From contig OX597815.1 in the NCBI GenBank assembly GCA_951406725.2, positions 47,678,001 to 47,742,000 on the forward strand: a stretch of 64,000 nucleotides of DNA, read 5' to 3'. Source of the DNA: Octopus vulgaris. Taxonomy: Eukaryota. Under the pieces are notes generated by a model. It made no database searches. It was not told where the DNA came from and saw nothing but the letters and a program-made list of their open reading frames with translations. Shown here piece after piece: positions 13,343 to 27,288 of this stretch. The position numbers were made by a program, and so were the translations under genes. Numbering within the stretch: position 1 is the first letter of the stretch; each line of letters begins with the position of its first letter.

Positions 13343-13385
13343 TCCAGTGAATATATATGTGTGTGTGTATGTTTGTGCATGCATG

Positions 13386-13505
<120 letters not shown>

Positions 13506-13584
13506 TAAATATTCCATTTATAAATGCATACACACAAAAAAATATATATAGATAGATAGATAGATAAATGAGCAGTGATATACC

Positions 13585-13617
<33 letters not shown>

Positions 13618-14545
13618 CATGTACGTGTGTGTTTATCATATGCGTCATATATCTATATATATATTTATGTATGATGTGTGTATGAGCGTGTGTGCGTAAG
13701 TGCGTGTGCGTGAGTGTGTGTATAGATATTTGTATTATAGTATAATATAAACGTATATTTGTGTTTGTATGGGGCTTATATTATGTCTGTCTGCCTGTGT
13801 ATCTGTCTTCCTGTCTATCTGTCTGTCTCTCTGTATGTATGCATGTATGCATGTATGTATGTATGCATGTATGTATGTATGCATGTATGTAATGTATGTA
13901 TGCATGTATGCATGTACGTATGTATTTATGTGTGTATGTATGTATGTATGTATGTATGTGTGCATGCATGTATTAATGTATGCACGTATTTTTTCTTTTT
14001 TCTTTTTTGTTTTTTGTGGGGTTTTTTTTTTTGGTTTTCCTCCTTTCAGGCATGTAATAATTTATTTAACTGTCATAACTCCTCAGTAAAAAAGCAGCCA
14101 CATAAAATATCAGTAACAACAACTACAACAACAACAGCAGCAGCAGCAGCAACAACAACAACAACGGCAACAACATGAAGAGAAGCCATTATTATAATAA
14201 AGACGACAACGACGACGGTGAGAACACCGATAATGAAAATGGTGGTGTTGGTAATGGATTTGTTGTTGGGGGTGGTACTAGTTCTGGAGTTCGCTGGTGG
14301 TGGTGGTGGTGGTAGTCGTCGTAGTCATTGTCGTGCTGGTGCTGGTGATGCTGATGCTGGTGATCACGTTGTTCACGTTGGCGAAGGGTGCTTGGGCTGG
14401 TAGTGGTGGTGGTGGTGGTGGTGGTGGTTGTGGTGGTACTGGTGACAGTTGTGGTATGTTTTACTTCTTTGTAAAACAACAGGTTACAGATCTCTACGGG
14501 AGAAAAATTAAGATTAAGTTATCTACACTAGGTTCTTCCCAAAAT

Positions 14546-16065
14546 CATTGAATAGTATTGCTTCCAAATTCTGGCACGAGGTCAGTAACTTCAGGGAAGT
14601 GGATAAGCCGATTATATCAGCCCCATTGCTTAACTGCTACTTATTTTATCGACCCCGGAAGGATGAAAGGCAAAGTCGACCTCAGTGGTATTTGAACTCA
14701 GAACGTAAAGACGGAAGCAATGTCGCTAATCATTTTGCCCGTCGTGCTAACGATCCTACCAGCTCACTACCTTAGTATTGGATAATGCTGGTTGCAAATT
14801 TTGACACAAGGCCAGCAAGTTTGGTGGGGGGGTAAGTCGATTACATCGACGCTAATGCTCAAATAGTACTTATTTTATCGACCCGGAAAGAATGAAAGCA
14901 AAGTCGATCTCCGTAGAATTTGAACTCAGAACGTAAAGACGGACGAAACACCGCCAAGCATTTGTCCGACATGCTGTTGTTGTTGTTGTTGTTAAGCAAC
15001 AAGACGGGTAAGGGTGATTAGATGATGGTCTAGAGCTTAGGGACGGGAGACCCCAGATCTTGGAAAAAAAAGACTTTGGTCGTCGTGTTGTAGTCGAGGG
15101 CTCTTCGTTGACGCCTGACACCACTGGGAGGTGGCTCTCGAAGTCACTGGAAATGGAGATCTCCAGGTCTAAATTCTTGAACGGCTGTCCGGCATGCTAC
15201 CAGCTCGCAGCCTTCGCCATTGGATAATATTAGTTTCAAATTTGGTACAAGGCAAGTTTCGGGGAGAGGATAAATTGATTACATTGATCGACCCTCAATA
15301 CTCAGCTGGTACTTATTTTATCAACCTTAAAAGAATGAAGGGCAAAGTCGACCTCGGCGGAATTTGAACTCAGAACGTAAGTTTGCACGAAATGTCACTA
15401 AGCATTGTGCCAGCTCGCCGTCTTCAACATTGGATAATGTTCTTTTCTACTATAGGCACAAGACCTGAAATACGGGGGAGGGGACTCGTCGAATATATCG
15501 ACCCCAGTATTTCACTGGTACGTAATTTATCGACCTCGAGAGGATGAAAGGCAAAGTCGAAAGAATTTGAAGTCAGAACGTAACGACGGGCGAAGTACTG
15601 CAAAGTATTTTGGCCGGCGTGCTAACGATACTTATTTCTTTATTGCCCACAAGGGGCTAAACATAGAGGGGACAAACAAGGACAGACAAAGGGATTAAGT
15701 TGATTATATCGACTCCAGTGCGTAACTGGTACTTAATTTATCGACCCCGAAAGGAAGAAAGGCAAAGTCGACCTCGGTGGAATTTCAACTCAGAACGTAA
15801 CGGCAGTCGAAATACCTATTTCTTTACTACCCACAAGGGGCTAAACATAGAGGGGACAAACAAGGACAGACAAACGGATTAAGTTGATTACATCGACCCC
15901 AGTAAGTAATTGGTACTTAATTTAACGGCCCCGAAAGAATGAAAGGCAAAGTCGACCTCGGCGGAATTTGAACTCAGAAAGTAACGGCGGGCGAAATACC
16001 TCTAAACATTTCACCCGGCGTGCTAACGATTCTGCCAGCTCGCCTCTTCAACGTTAGATGGTATT
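14546..16065 (-). mobile_element. Head-to-tail cluster of about 6 SINE family B copies with several tail subtypes
   Basis: Repeated gaaaggatgaaaggcaaagtcgacctcggcggaatttgaactcagaacgtaa units, separated by cattggataat-like linkers. Confidence 0.85.
14976..15185 (-). mobile_element. Short 5'-truncated retroposon end with (AAC)n tail, nested in a SINE, 13-bp TSD
   Basis: TSD tgtccgacatgct (14963-14975) and tgtccggcatgct (15186-15198); (GTT)n tail on the plus strand. Confidence 0.75.
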
Positions 16066-16476
16066 AGTAAAATTAAGTTACCATTAAGATTTTCACTTTT
16101 AAGATTTGATCAGACAGGAAGGGCAGTAGCAGCTACCATTTTTACTGATTCGCTGAGACTGGTTCGGGAAAAAGAAAAAATTATGATCAAAACTGAAACT
16201 TGCGCTGGATGCCACAGAGGACTCTCTAGAGGCAGGCGGTTGTGTTAAGGAGAAATTAATGACGTAATCAGCAGTAAGCGTTAACAGGACAGCGGTCTCG
16301 CTACTAGATGCTTCATTGATGCACAGCCTGCCAGCTGTATTGAGCTACGCAGTTGAATCCTTGATGAAGACCCATATCGTTGAAACAGATCAATTGGTGG
16401 TTCGACAGTGTAGAGCTTCTCAGCTATGTTCAGCTACATAGCTGAATCTTAATCTCATGCAGATTAGCTCATGTCC

Positions 16477-16513
<37 letters not shown>

Positions 16514-16657
16514 TGTGTGTGTGTGTGTGTATGTGCGTGTGTTTGTGTGTGTGTGCGTGTGTGCGAGTGTGTGTGTGAGTGCGTGCGTGTATGTACATAC
16601 ATATGTGCACATAGATATACATACATAGATTTACACTGATATATATATATGCATATT

Positions 16658-16712
<55 letters not shown>

Positions 16713-16819
16713 GTATATGTGTGTGTGCTCATGCATATATGCACATACATATATAGATATACATACATATACATACACACACACACATCCGCGAACACGT
16801 ATATATATATATATGTATA

Positions 16820-16881
<62 letters not shown>

Positions 16882-16958
16882 TATATATATATATATAGGC
16901 ATATATATATATGCATACGCACATACGCTCATATACATATATACATGTATGTGCGTGC

Positions 16959-16990
<32 letters not shown>

Positions 16991-17143
16991 ACATGTATGA
17001 GCCAGATTCCGTCATTGTGTATGCGTGAAAGAGGGAGAGAGACAGGGATTGCAGATCTACGGTTTGTTTCACACGACTAATCCTTTACTATTAGACCAAA
17101 AAGAAATCAAACATAGCAGTAGATAGATCGATAGATAAACAAG

Positions 17144-17219
<76 letters not shown>

Positions 17220-17262
17220 CAGACAGACACACGGACACACAGACACACACACAGGCAGACAC

Positions 17263-17293
<31 letters not shown>

Positions 17294-17326
17294 CACGGAC
17301 ACACAGACACACACACAGGCAGACAC

Positions 17327-17513
<187 letters not shown>

Positions 17514-17825
17514 AATTAATTATTATTCAATCAGACAGCATATCCGACCGACAACGATGTAGCAGTGTAGCCAGCCTGTAGACCAGCCCAGCAAAGCAAC
17601 AGCTTAACAAGCTATATACACAGACATACAAGCAGACGATAATTAATATATCGAAATGCTATTTAAAAAAGAATTAAGAAATTTTATTATTCAGCTCCCA
17701 GAATAAAGAAGTCTGTGTCTCCGTCACTGTATCTAGCTAGCTAGCTGACTGATTTGCTACATACCAACCTATCCATCGTTATATCTGTCAACCTATCATT
17801 TTAGTTATCTTTCTTACTTCCGATT

Positions 17826-17999
17826 ATGTAGTTCTTAACCGGGATCTACATGGCTTTTGTGGGCCCATAGAGGACTCTGTTGTTAAAATTTATGTGCAAT
17901 GAATTGGTTATATTTCTACAATACACAAAATATTTTTTTAATAAAATTCTTAATAACATTTAACTATAGAAATACATTAATTTATATATATACATACAT

Positions 18000-18056
<57 letters not shown>

Positions 18057-18131
18057 AATGGCTATGGGGACCCAGTAGAGTAAAATAGGAATCAAATGGG
18101 TCCATAGACAAAATATGTTTTAGAACCACTG
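17826..18131 (+). mobile_element. hAT/Charlie-type MITE
   Basis: Ends ...agaaccactg followed by atctagat; internal sequence matches 27289 and 59240. Confidence 0.7.
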
Positions 18132-18160
18132 ATCTAGATGTATGCTCCATTTGTGTTTTA

Positions 18161-18214
<54 letters not shown>

Positions 18215-18235
18215 AGGTTATGTATATATATATGT

Positions 18236-18800
18236 ATAAGAATTTTTTATAATAATGAGAATAATTATGATTAGGGTTCAGAAAATATTTGCTTCACTAC
18301 ATACCGAGATTTAGAAATAGCAGTTAAAACTTTCTAAATTTCTCTATCTTAAGAAAATATCCTAAACAACAATGCTCAACAACCCACGCAGGTAAAGAGA
18401 AAAAAATAACGAATCCACCCGGGTTTGGTTAACTGTAGATGTGAGTTAGATAGATATGAGTTAGATAGGTCTATTTCGGAGTTAGATAGATGTAAGTTAG
18501 ATATATCTATCTAACTCCGAAACGCGTATACAATTAATCAAAGCCGGGTGGATTCGTTATTTTTTTTCTCTTTACCTGCGTGGGTTGTTGAGTATTGTTG
18601 TCTGGGAGATTTTCTTATGATAGAGAAATAGTAAGTTTTAACTACTATCTCAAAGTTTCGGTATGTGGTGAAGCAAATATTTGCTGAATCCTAATTTTAT
18701 TTATACTCATAAGTATAAAAATTTCTTGTTTAAGTTTACCGATAATAGTTCTTTTAACATACCGAACTACTTGGTAAAATTATTAACTATTAATTAATTA
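18236..18800 (+). mobile_element. Fold-back element with ~200-bp inverted arms (Penelope pLTR-like), same family as 53761
   Basis: 18236-18440 is the reverse complement of ~18528-18728; the centre holds the hammerhead 3' half ctatctaactccGAAAcgcgTAtacaatt (GAAA at 18519-18522). Confidence 0.8.
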
Positions 18801-19003
18801 ACTTTACATATATATATATATGTATATATACATCTATGTGTTTGTGTGTATGTGTGTATGCGCGTGTATACCTATATATATACACACACATACATAAATA
18901 TAAATTTAAAAAAAAACAAGAACAAACACGAAACAAAAACAACAACTTGAGAACGTGGTACATGTAAAGTGTTAGCAGACGCTCAGGGAAGGAAAGAGAT
19001 GTG

Positions 19004-19038
19004 GTTTTACGTTTCGAGTAAAGTTCTTCTTCAAAAAC
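19004..19038 (-). ncRNA. Degenerate minimal hammerhead motif
   Basis: gttt TTGAAGA agaactttactc GAAA cg TA aaac; related to 54388-54420. Confidence 0.5.
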
Positions 19039-19635
19039 AGGAGTAGAGGAAAGGTGATTTTTTTCCCTCCGTCTTCCTTTTCTGTTGGACAGATAGATGG
19101 ATACACATACATAGCATGATGTGTATATATATATATTGCTTATTCTGCCTTCCATACACACAGAGAGATACACACGCAGTAATGCACGCGCTCATACATG
19201 ATCGGGCACGTTTGCGCGAGCGCATGCGCGTACATGCATGTACTGATGCATGCATGTTATCTTTCATATGAAAATGTCCCTGGCACACACACACACATGC
19301 TCACAACTCTCCCCACCCACACACACACACGCACACACGCACACACACAATTATGCATTCTTCTGCCATCAAAAACCACATTTTCTCTCTCTCTCTCGCC
19401 AACTTCCGGTCCGTTATTTTGGGCCACGTGCTTCTCCAGACTATCTGTATCTTCCTCCTTTTCTCCTTCGCTGGACGTTTTCTTCCATCCGATGTAGAAA
19501 GCCATGTTAGAAAGGTCATATTTTCACTCTTATTTTTCTATCAAAATCATTCACTGAGCGCCAATTTAATATATCCACTGTGTACGTCCAATTCACTCTC
19601 GTTTTTGCTTTTCCTGTACACATTGACGACATATT

Positions 19636-20248
19636 TAGGGTGCTGAAAAGTTCCTCATTTTAAGGGTATCTCGAAATGTTTGGCTGGAACCCTACCCTTC
19701 CGAATTCTTTTACAGAGAATAAAAAAAACTGAAGGACCGCTGCAATAAGTGTGTGAATCTGAGAGGGGAATATGTTGAATAAAATCATAATTAACAGATC
19801 CTCCTGTGGAGGCGCAATGGCCCAGTGGTTAGGGCAGCGGACTCGCGGTCATAGGATCGCGGTTTCGATTCCCAGACCGGGGGTTGTGAGTGTTTATTGA
19901 GCGAAAACACCTAAAGCTCCACGAGGCTCCGGTAGGGGATGGTGGTGATCCCTGCTGTACTCTTTCACCACAACTTTCTCTCACTCTTACTTCCTGTTTC
20001 TGTTGTACCTGTATTTCAAAGGGCCGGCCTTGTCACTTTCTGTGTCACGCTGAATCTCCCCGAGAACTACGTTAAGGGTACACGTGTCTGTGGAGTGCTC
20101 AGCCACTTACACGTTAATTTCACGAGCAGGCTGTTCCGTTGATTCGGATCAACCGGAACCCTCATCGTCGTAAACCGACGGAGTGCTTCCATAACAGATC
20201 CTCCTGCATTGTCTTTTACCCAAAGCCAGGAACTTTTCAGCAACCCTT
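19636..20248 (+). mobile_element. Mariner-derived MITE (~215 bp) split by a SINE insertion
   Basis: TIRs agggtgctgaaaagttcct and aggaacttttcagcaaccct. Retains a transposase C-terminus (RCNKCVNLRGEYVE*). An uninterrupted copy lies at 45399-45616. Confidence 0.85.
19807..20191 (+). mobile_element. Full-length tRNA-derived SINE family A, tail type 1, perfect 15-bp TSD
   Basis: TSD taacagatcctcctg at 19792-19806 and 20192-20206; intact Pol III A-box (tggcccagtggtt) and B-box (ggtttcgattccc). Confidence 0.93.
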
Positions 20249-20558
20249 ATCTGTGACATGATTTTATTTACTAATATACTTTTACTTTAGCGATCATTAT
20301 GTTTCATTATAGAGCTGCTATAAAGATGTTTATCGAGCACTTTGCTAACATGCCCTGCATAGAAAATATTATATTCATTATATTCGTGATATATTGCGAG
20401 ATATTTCTCTTCCTCCTCCCCTCCTCCACATCCTCCTCTTCCTCCTCCTCCTCCTCCTACTACTACTACTACTGCCGCTGCTGCTGCTATTTCTACTACT
20501 GTTTCAGCTGCTACTTCTGTTGCTGCTGCTACTACTACTACTACTATTACTACTACTT

Positions 20559-20610
<52 letters not shown>

Positions 20611-20737
20611 ACACTTACACACGCACGCATACTCACATACGCATACATACACACTCATCCATGTGTTATATATATATATATATATATATATATGCGTGTG
20701 CGTGTGTATATATAAAATGGTATATAAATATATATAT

Positions 20738-20810
<73 letters not shown>

Positions 20811-21214
20811 TATACATACATACATATCCACACATATAAATATATATATATATATATACGTACATATATCATGTATATTGTATTTCTGCTTTCTAGCTTA
20901 CAGAGTTTACTGTTTCTTTTTTTTTTTTGTGCTGTTTGTTTTTTTATGTATTTTTAAGGGGCGGGGGAGGTTTCTAGGCAATCCGTTGGATTGTAGTTGA
21001 GCTGACAAGGAAGCTGGTGTAGCTGGTTTAGTTGTGATGAAAAAGGATTGTGGGAAGAGAGGGAATTCGGAGCGGAATCATGATAAAAATTGAATTAAGA
21101 AACTCTGCTCTATATGTGTAGAAATGAAGGCTAATTTATGGTAACCGATCTGCATGACTGGTTGGAATCAGATGAAGTGACGCAAGTAAATAAGTAAATA
21201 TATGAATAAATAAA

Positions 21215-21582
<368 letters not shown>

Positions 21583-21846
21583 TGCAAGGAGAGGGGTGAT
21601 GGGTGCAGTATTGGAATGAGTGAGAGGAGGGCGACTGGACGTAGATAGATGTAGAGAAACATGAAGAAGTCGAGGAGGAGGAACGGGAAAGGGAAAGATA
21701 GCCATGAAGAGCGGCAGAGAGGGAAAGAGGTAGAGATATTAATACGTACATTCTTGCATTCATACTTACATACACACACACACACGTATATGCGTATATA
21801 TACACATGTGTATGTGTATGAACATGTAACTATATACGCCCTTCTA

Positions 21847-21890
<44 letters not shown>

Positions 21891-22084
21891 ACAGTCACTC
21901 TCTCTTCTACGTTTGTACATATCTGCGCGTATTCTTTTTATTCTTTCATTCGTGTCAGCCGGAGCACCACTTTCGGTCATGACTACATTCGGTCATGCTG
22001 GAGCACCACTTTGTAGATCCCTGCGAAGTAATATCTATGCCATTGCAAAGGGCACACACTAAAAGGACAGGCAATGATTGTATG

Positions 22085-22236
<152 letters not shown>

Positions 22237-22292
22237 CAACATGCAGCATATATCTTTATTACTATTATTATTATAATTATTTTTATTATTAA

Positions 22293-22406
<114 letters not shown>

Positions 22407-22453
22407 CATTATCATCATTGTTATTATTATTATTATTATTATTATCATTATTA

Positions 22454-22491
<38 letters not shown>

Positions 22492-22777
22492 GGATATCCG
22501 AGTTCTACTAACGCAAATGCCATTACTACGTTGTTTGTCCGTGTAATAACAGAGAAATTATTAATAACAGCCAACTGACTAATTTTGTTTCCTAATGTAA
22601 TAAGCGTAGTGATTTCCGCCATTTTATATTTTTTCGTTCTGTGCATTGTTTTTATTGTTTTTGGTTTTTTACAAAATAAATGAATGAATAGAATTTCTCA
22701 GACTATTTCTCACTACCTCTTTCTAACTTAGTCACTCAACCCTAAACTCATTTCTGTAAAGCGCTCTGTCTCTTCCT

Positions 22778-23112
22778 CCTCTCTTTCGTTCTCTCTCTCA
22801 CTCTCTTCGTGCTCTCTCTCTCTCTTTCGTTCTCTCTCTCTCTCTCTTTCGTTCTCTCACTCTCTTTCGTCCTCTCTCTCTCTCTTTCGTTCTCTCTCTC
22901 TCTTTCGTTCTCTCACTCTCTTTCGTTCTCTCTCTCTCTCTTTCGTTCTCTCTCTCTCTTTTCGTTCTCTCACTCTCTCTTTCGTTCTCTCACTCTCTTT
23001 TGTTCTCTCTCTCTCTTTCGTTCTCTCTCTTTCTCTTTTATCCCCTCTCTCTCTCTCTTTCTCGTTCTCTCTATCTCTCCTTCAAATAGCTCTATTTATC
23101 TCTCTCTCTATC

Positions 23113-23146
<34 letters not shown>

Positions 23147-23172
23147 ACTCTCTCTCTCTCTCTCTCCCTCTC
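22778..23172. repeat. (CT)n-based minisatellite with recurring tttcgttctctc unit
   Basis: Directly visible polypyrimidine tandem units. Confidence 0.9.
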
Positions 23173-23784
23173 AAATAGCTGTCTTCCATCGAATATCTTC
23201 AGCTGACTACTCAAAAATAATCGACAAAATTTGCGGGAGAACAATGGAAGTAAACCACATTTTGAATATAGAAACGAATGTTATTGATAGGTCCGATGTT
23301 ATATGTGTGTCTATGTGCGCGTACATCTGTATGTCCGTATGTATGTATGTACGTACGTACGTATGTATGTATGCATGTATGCATAAGTATATGTGAATAT
23401 GTGTGTGTGAGTGTGTGTGTGTGTGTGTGTGTATTATATGTGTGAGAGAGAGAAAGAGCATGTTTTCTTCATTCCTCTCTTTTTTCGTATCCAAATTATT
23501 CTCCAGCCTTAGATTTCTACTTCGTGTTTGCTCCATTGGTAATATGTTCAATCAATAATTACATTGCTAGTGTTTCAATTTCTAGAACCTCCCTTTAGAG
23601 CATTGACCATGTGCAACTGAAAGAAAAGGAAAAGAGGGAGATAGCAAGAAAGAGAAGGAGAGATAGAGAGAGAGAGGGAGGGAGAGAGTAATCAAAGCAG
23701 CGGGATATGAAAGAAGGAGGAATCAATTTACCTCGATGTTGTTGTATATCTTAATATGACTCAGAATTGATTTCGAACATAAGC

Positions 23785-24180
23785 AGAGGGCCACAAATTT
23801 TGAGAGAGAAGTGTAGAATCGATTATATCGACCTCAGTACTTGACTGGTACTTAGTTTATCGACTACAGATGGAAGAGTCGCATCAAACTGACCCCCGTT
23901 AGGATTAGAACTTGGAACTTGAATAACCGGAAAGAAAGCATTTGATCCGGCGCTCTGTCTTTTCTGCCAACCTGCTGTCTTCACATGGTTTAAGGCTAAT
24001 GAGTTTTCAAATTTGGGGGATGGGAGTAACCAATTATGTCGAACTCAGTATTTTATTTTTTGATCGTAGAACGATTAAGGGTAAAAGTAAAGTTTATTTC
24101 AGCGAGAATTGAACTTAGAACTCTAAAGATACGTAACAAAATACCACGAAATGTTCTTCGCTCCTCTAAAGATTTTGATA
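23785..24180 (-). mobile_element. Two old SINE family B copies
   Basis: tcgattatatcgacctcagtacttgactggtacttagtttatcgac and a second diverged unit. Confidence 0.6.
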
Positions 24181-25139
24181 CGGTATTAATAGAGAATGTT
24201 ATAGCTACCAATTAGCAGATAAATCTTTGATTTAAAATTTAGTTTGCTTGTTTGGGGTTTTTTTTTTGTTTTTTGTTTTTTGTTTTTTTTGCAGTTGCTA
24301 GTGTATCAAAGTTCAACGTTATATATATGAAAGGAAATAAATCTTTGAAAATAAATACGCATGGATACCTCGTGTTACACTGACTTTCTAGCAGTTAATT
24401 CAGGCCAGTGAGCAATCGTTCATCAATCAGGATCATTCTAAATAATCACATTGTCGTAATAGCAATCTATGTATCATAGTTTATGTATATAAACTGTTGA
24501 TAGGCCAATTGCTACCGTATTTGTCCCAAGATAAAATCTCTCGTGATCTGCTATGTTAAAAATACAATCAATATCAAAGTGAGACGAAAATTTGTCCTAG
24601 CAGCGGCCAGTGAAAACACCTTGCAACATCCGTGAATGATTTATTCATTGTTTCCTATAATGGAGAGGATGATTTCTCGTCTGAGCATGTGGTTAGCTGC
24701 GAGTATGCGCCATTGAAATGGCTCAAAAATACCGAAATGCATCTGGCCTTCTTGCTGGCCATCGCTGGAACGAAATTTTCTTTCTCTCTTATATTTACTC
24801 TGTTTTAGATATGTTACCTCAGGACAAATACCGCAGTAACTGGCGTAACGATAGTGTCCCTAAATTAAGTATCATGCATAGATGGTAATTTTAATTAAAT
24901 ACTGCCCTACTATACCGGTTACTGATATCGTATTTTAGGTAGAGAAAAGTTCAAATGATCGTTGAGATAGAGAATAGTTCATAGCTCTTTGTTTCAAATC
25001 CCAACGGAGCCAGTTTTTTCCTCATCTGTCCAGTGTCGATAAAATGTAGTTCTAGTCAAGTCGATGTAATCCACTGTACACCTATCCAAATATGTGAGGT
25101 TTTTGTGTTAATGTGAAATGAAATTATTTATAAGATTAT

Positions 25140-25640
25140 TATCTCTGTTTTTCTTGTTATACTCATTGGACTGCGACCATGTTGGGTCGCAGTACATATT
25201 TTAAGTCTAGTACTTATTCTCCCTTTCTGAACCACTAAATTATGGGTTGGAAACAAATCAGCCTCGGTTATCAAACGGCGGGAGAACAAAAACAAACACA
25301 AAAAAGCACGCACATATATGAGTATGTGTATGTATTTGTGTGTGTGTATGTGTGTGTATGTATATACATGTATATTTATTGATATATACATGTATATATT
25401 TATGCATGTATCAATATTTGTATACATATATACACACAGACGTATATGTATATACACACACACATATATACATAGATATATATATTCATATGTATTATAT
25501 ATATGTACTTATATGTATATGCATGTATATATATATTTGTATGTATGTATGTGCATATGTATATTTGTGTGTGTGCATAAATATATGTACATACGATGGG
25601 CTTCTCAGTTTCTGTCTACCAAATCTTTCCCACAAGTGCA
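25140..25640 (-). mobile_element. Decayed SINE family D with expanded internal microsatellite
   Basis: Tail remnant at 25140-25300 and gatgggcttctcagtttctgtctaccaaatc near 25596. Confidence 0.6.
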
Positions 25641-26114
25641 TCTTACTCTGCATATATGTGTAGCAGTATTTCTGCTTGAATATACTCTATTTCCTGTTTA
25701 CATATGTATTTATGTGTTATGTCACCCATATTTTGTAAGATATATTTTGCATCGTGTGTATGAGTTCTTGTTGCCAAATAAATAAAGGAATATTATCATT
25801 TTTATTAAAGGCTTAACGAATAATCTAAAACGGTTTTCCCAAATGTTGAATGTTACAACCAAGTTAGCGATTGAATTATTAAAACGCATTCATAGGAAAT
25901 GCTATTTGCTTGCAATTTAAAGGGGCCATTACAAACTACACCCTAATACGAACAACGGAGAAAACCTGCAAGGAATAGCCGTCAAACATATTTTAAATGA
26001 CACCTTCCTGTCATGAAAATGAATGAGAAATTGCATAATGTAGTCTTAGCTAGAAGTATATGGGAGATAAAAACCGACGGTTACTACTGAAACCCCTTGA
26101 GACGCCCATCTTTT

Positions 26115-26155
<41 letters not shown>

Positions 26156-26269
26156 CAGAATTGACCTAAAGTTTAAAACATCAACAAACATTGCTCTTAC
26201 GTCATTGGCACACCCCGTACGCTATTGTATCACGACTTTATTGCACCGCTACACAATAAAAAAGGGATA

Positions 26270-26607
26270 AAGACCTCTTTCGGTTACAAATGACTATGGG
26301 GATTGCACCTAGAAAGTTACCCTCCGAGGCAAAAGTACGGATAAGTTTGTTTACGGAAGACCAGCAGTCGTCCATGAATACCAGCCTCCCCTCTCCACGC
26401 CACCGATGTTATCCAAGGGAAGAGCAAAGGCGGATACAGCCTGGCACCAGTGACGTTGCAACTCATTTCTATAGCTGAGTGAACTGGAACAGCATGAAAT
26501 AAAGTGTCTTGCTCAAGAACACAGCACACAGCCCGGTCCCGGAATCGAACTCACTACCGCATGATTGTGATCCTAACGTTTTAACCTCTGAGCCATGTGC
26601 CTTCACC
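26270..26607 (-). mobile_element. tRNA-derived CORE-like SINE family C
   Basis: Minus strand reads gtgaaggcacatggctcagaggtta...gagttcgattccgggaccgg...tgtgttcttgagcaagacacttta; second copy at 58155. Confidence 0.85.
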
Positions 26608-27073
26608 TATCACAATACTGTTACATTAACGTAGTGTTATAGCACTATCCTAGAACTTTTCAATGATATAATGCTCTATTACACTGCTACACTATTCTAC
26701 AGTCACATTGGTTAGCTGGGGGTTGTACGATTTTGTCTGACTTCATGCTACTCCTATATAAAGCCAGTCATTATTTTATAAGTTGAGCAACATGTTAGTT
26801 TATATAAGCCGTTATGCCAAATACCAGTAACTAGTGTGCGGGAGGAGAAAAATGTGCTCGTGCTCGGCGAGAGCTCTTTTAACATGAGGTCAGAGTGACA
26901 TGACTGCAGGTTGGCCAAGAAAACCTCTGCCATCCTCTGCGAATGACTTTTTTTTCTCTCTCTTTTTTTTCTCTCTCTCTCTAACAATCTATTTATATAT
27001 CTATTTCTCTCTCTGTCGCTCTCTCTCTCTCTGTCTCTCTCTGCCTCTCTCTCTGTGCCTCTCTCTCTCTGTG

Positions 27074-27113
<40 letters not shown>

Positions 27114-27288
27114 CCTTCTCACTCCTTTACTTTGTATTTTCCGTATTATCCAGATGGATGAAAATGGTAAATTGCCGGCGTGAAAGACAAAACTGATTTT
27201 GGTGATATTTGATTCCAGAACATAGAAATGAAAAATTAAATTGTGCACTGGCATTTTATATATTCTACCAACAAGAGAACTTCTCTAC

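Noticed and set aside
14546-16065. CRISPR-like repeat-spacer array
   Set aside because: The context is eukaryotic, the spacers are 200+ bp SINE copies, the repeats are degenerate 14-mers, and there are no cas genes.
16353-16395. Hammerhead-like ttgatgaagac...gttgaaacag
   Set aside because: It lacks C3, stem III and an NUH site, so it is too degenerate to call.
19807-19882. Genuine tRNA gene
   Set aside because: The A/B boxes continue into a multicopy SINE body flanked by a TSD; there is no proper acceptor stem or poly-T terminator.
26754-26945. Non-repetitive C-terminal part of ORF 26754-27254 (MAEVFLANLQ...)
   Set aside because: No domain or splice evidence; the ORF length is inflated by a (GA)n tract.
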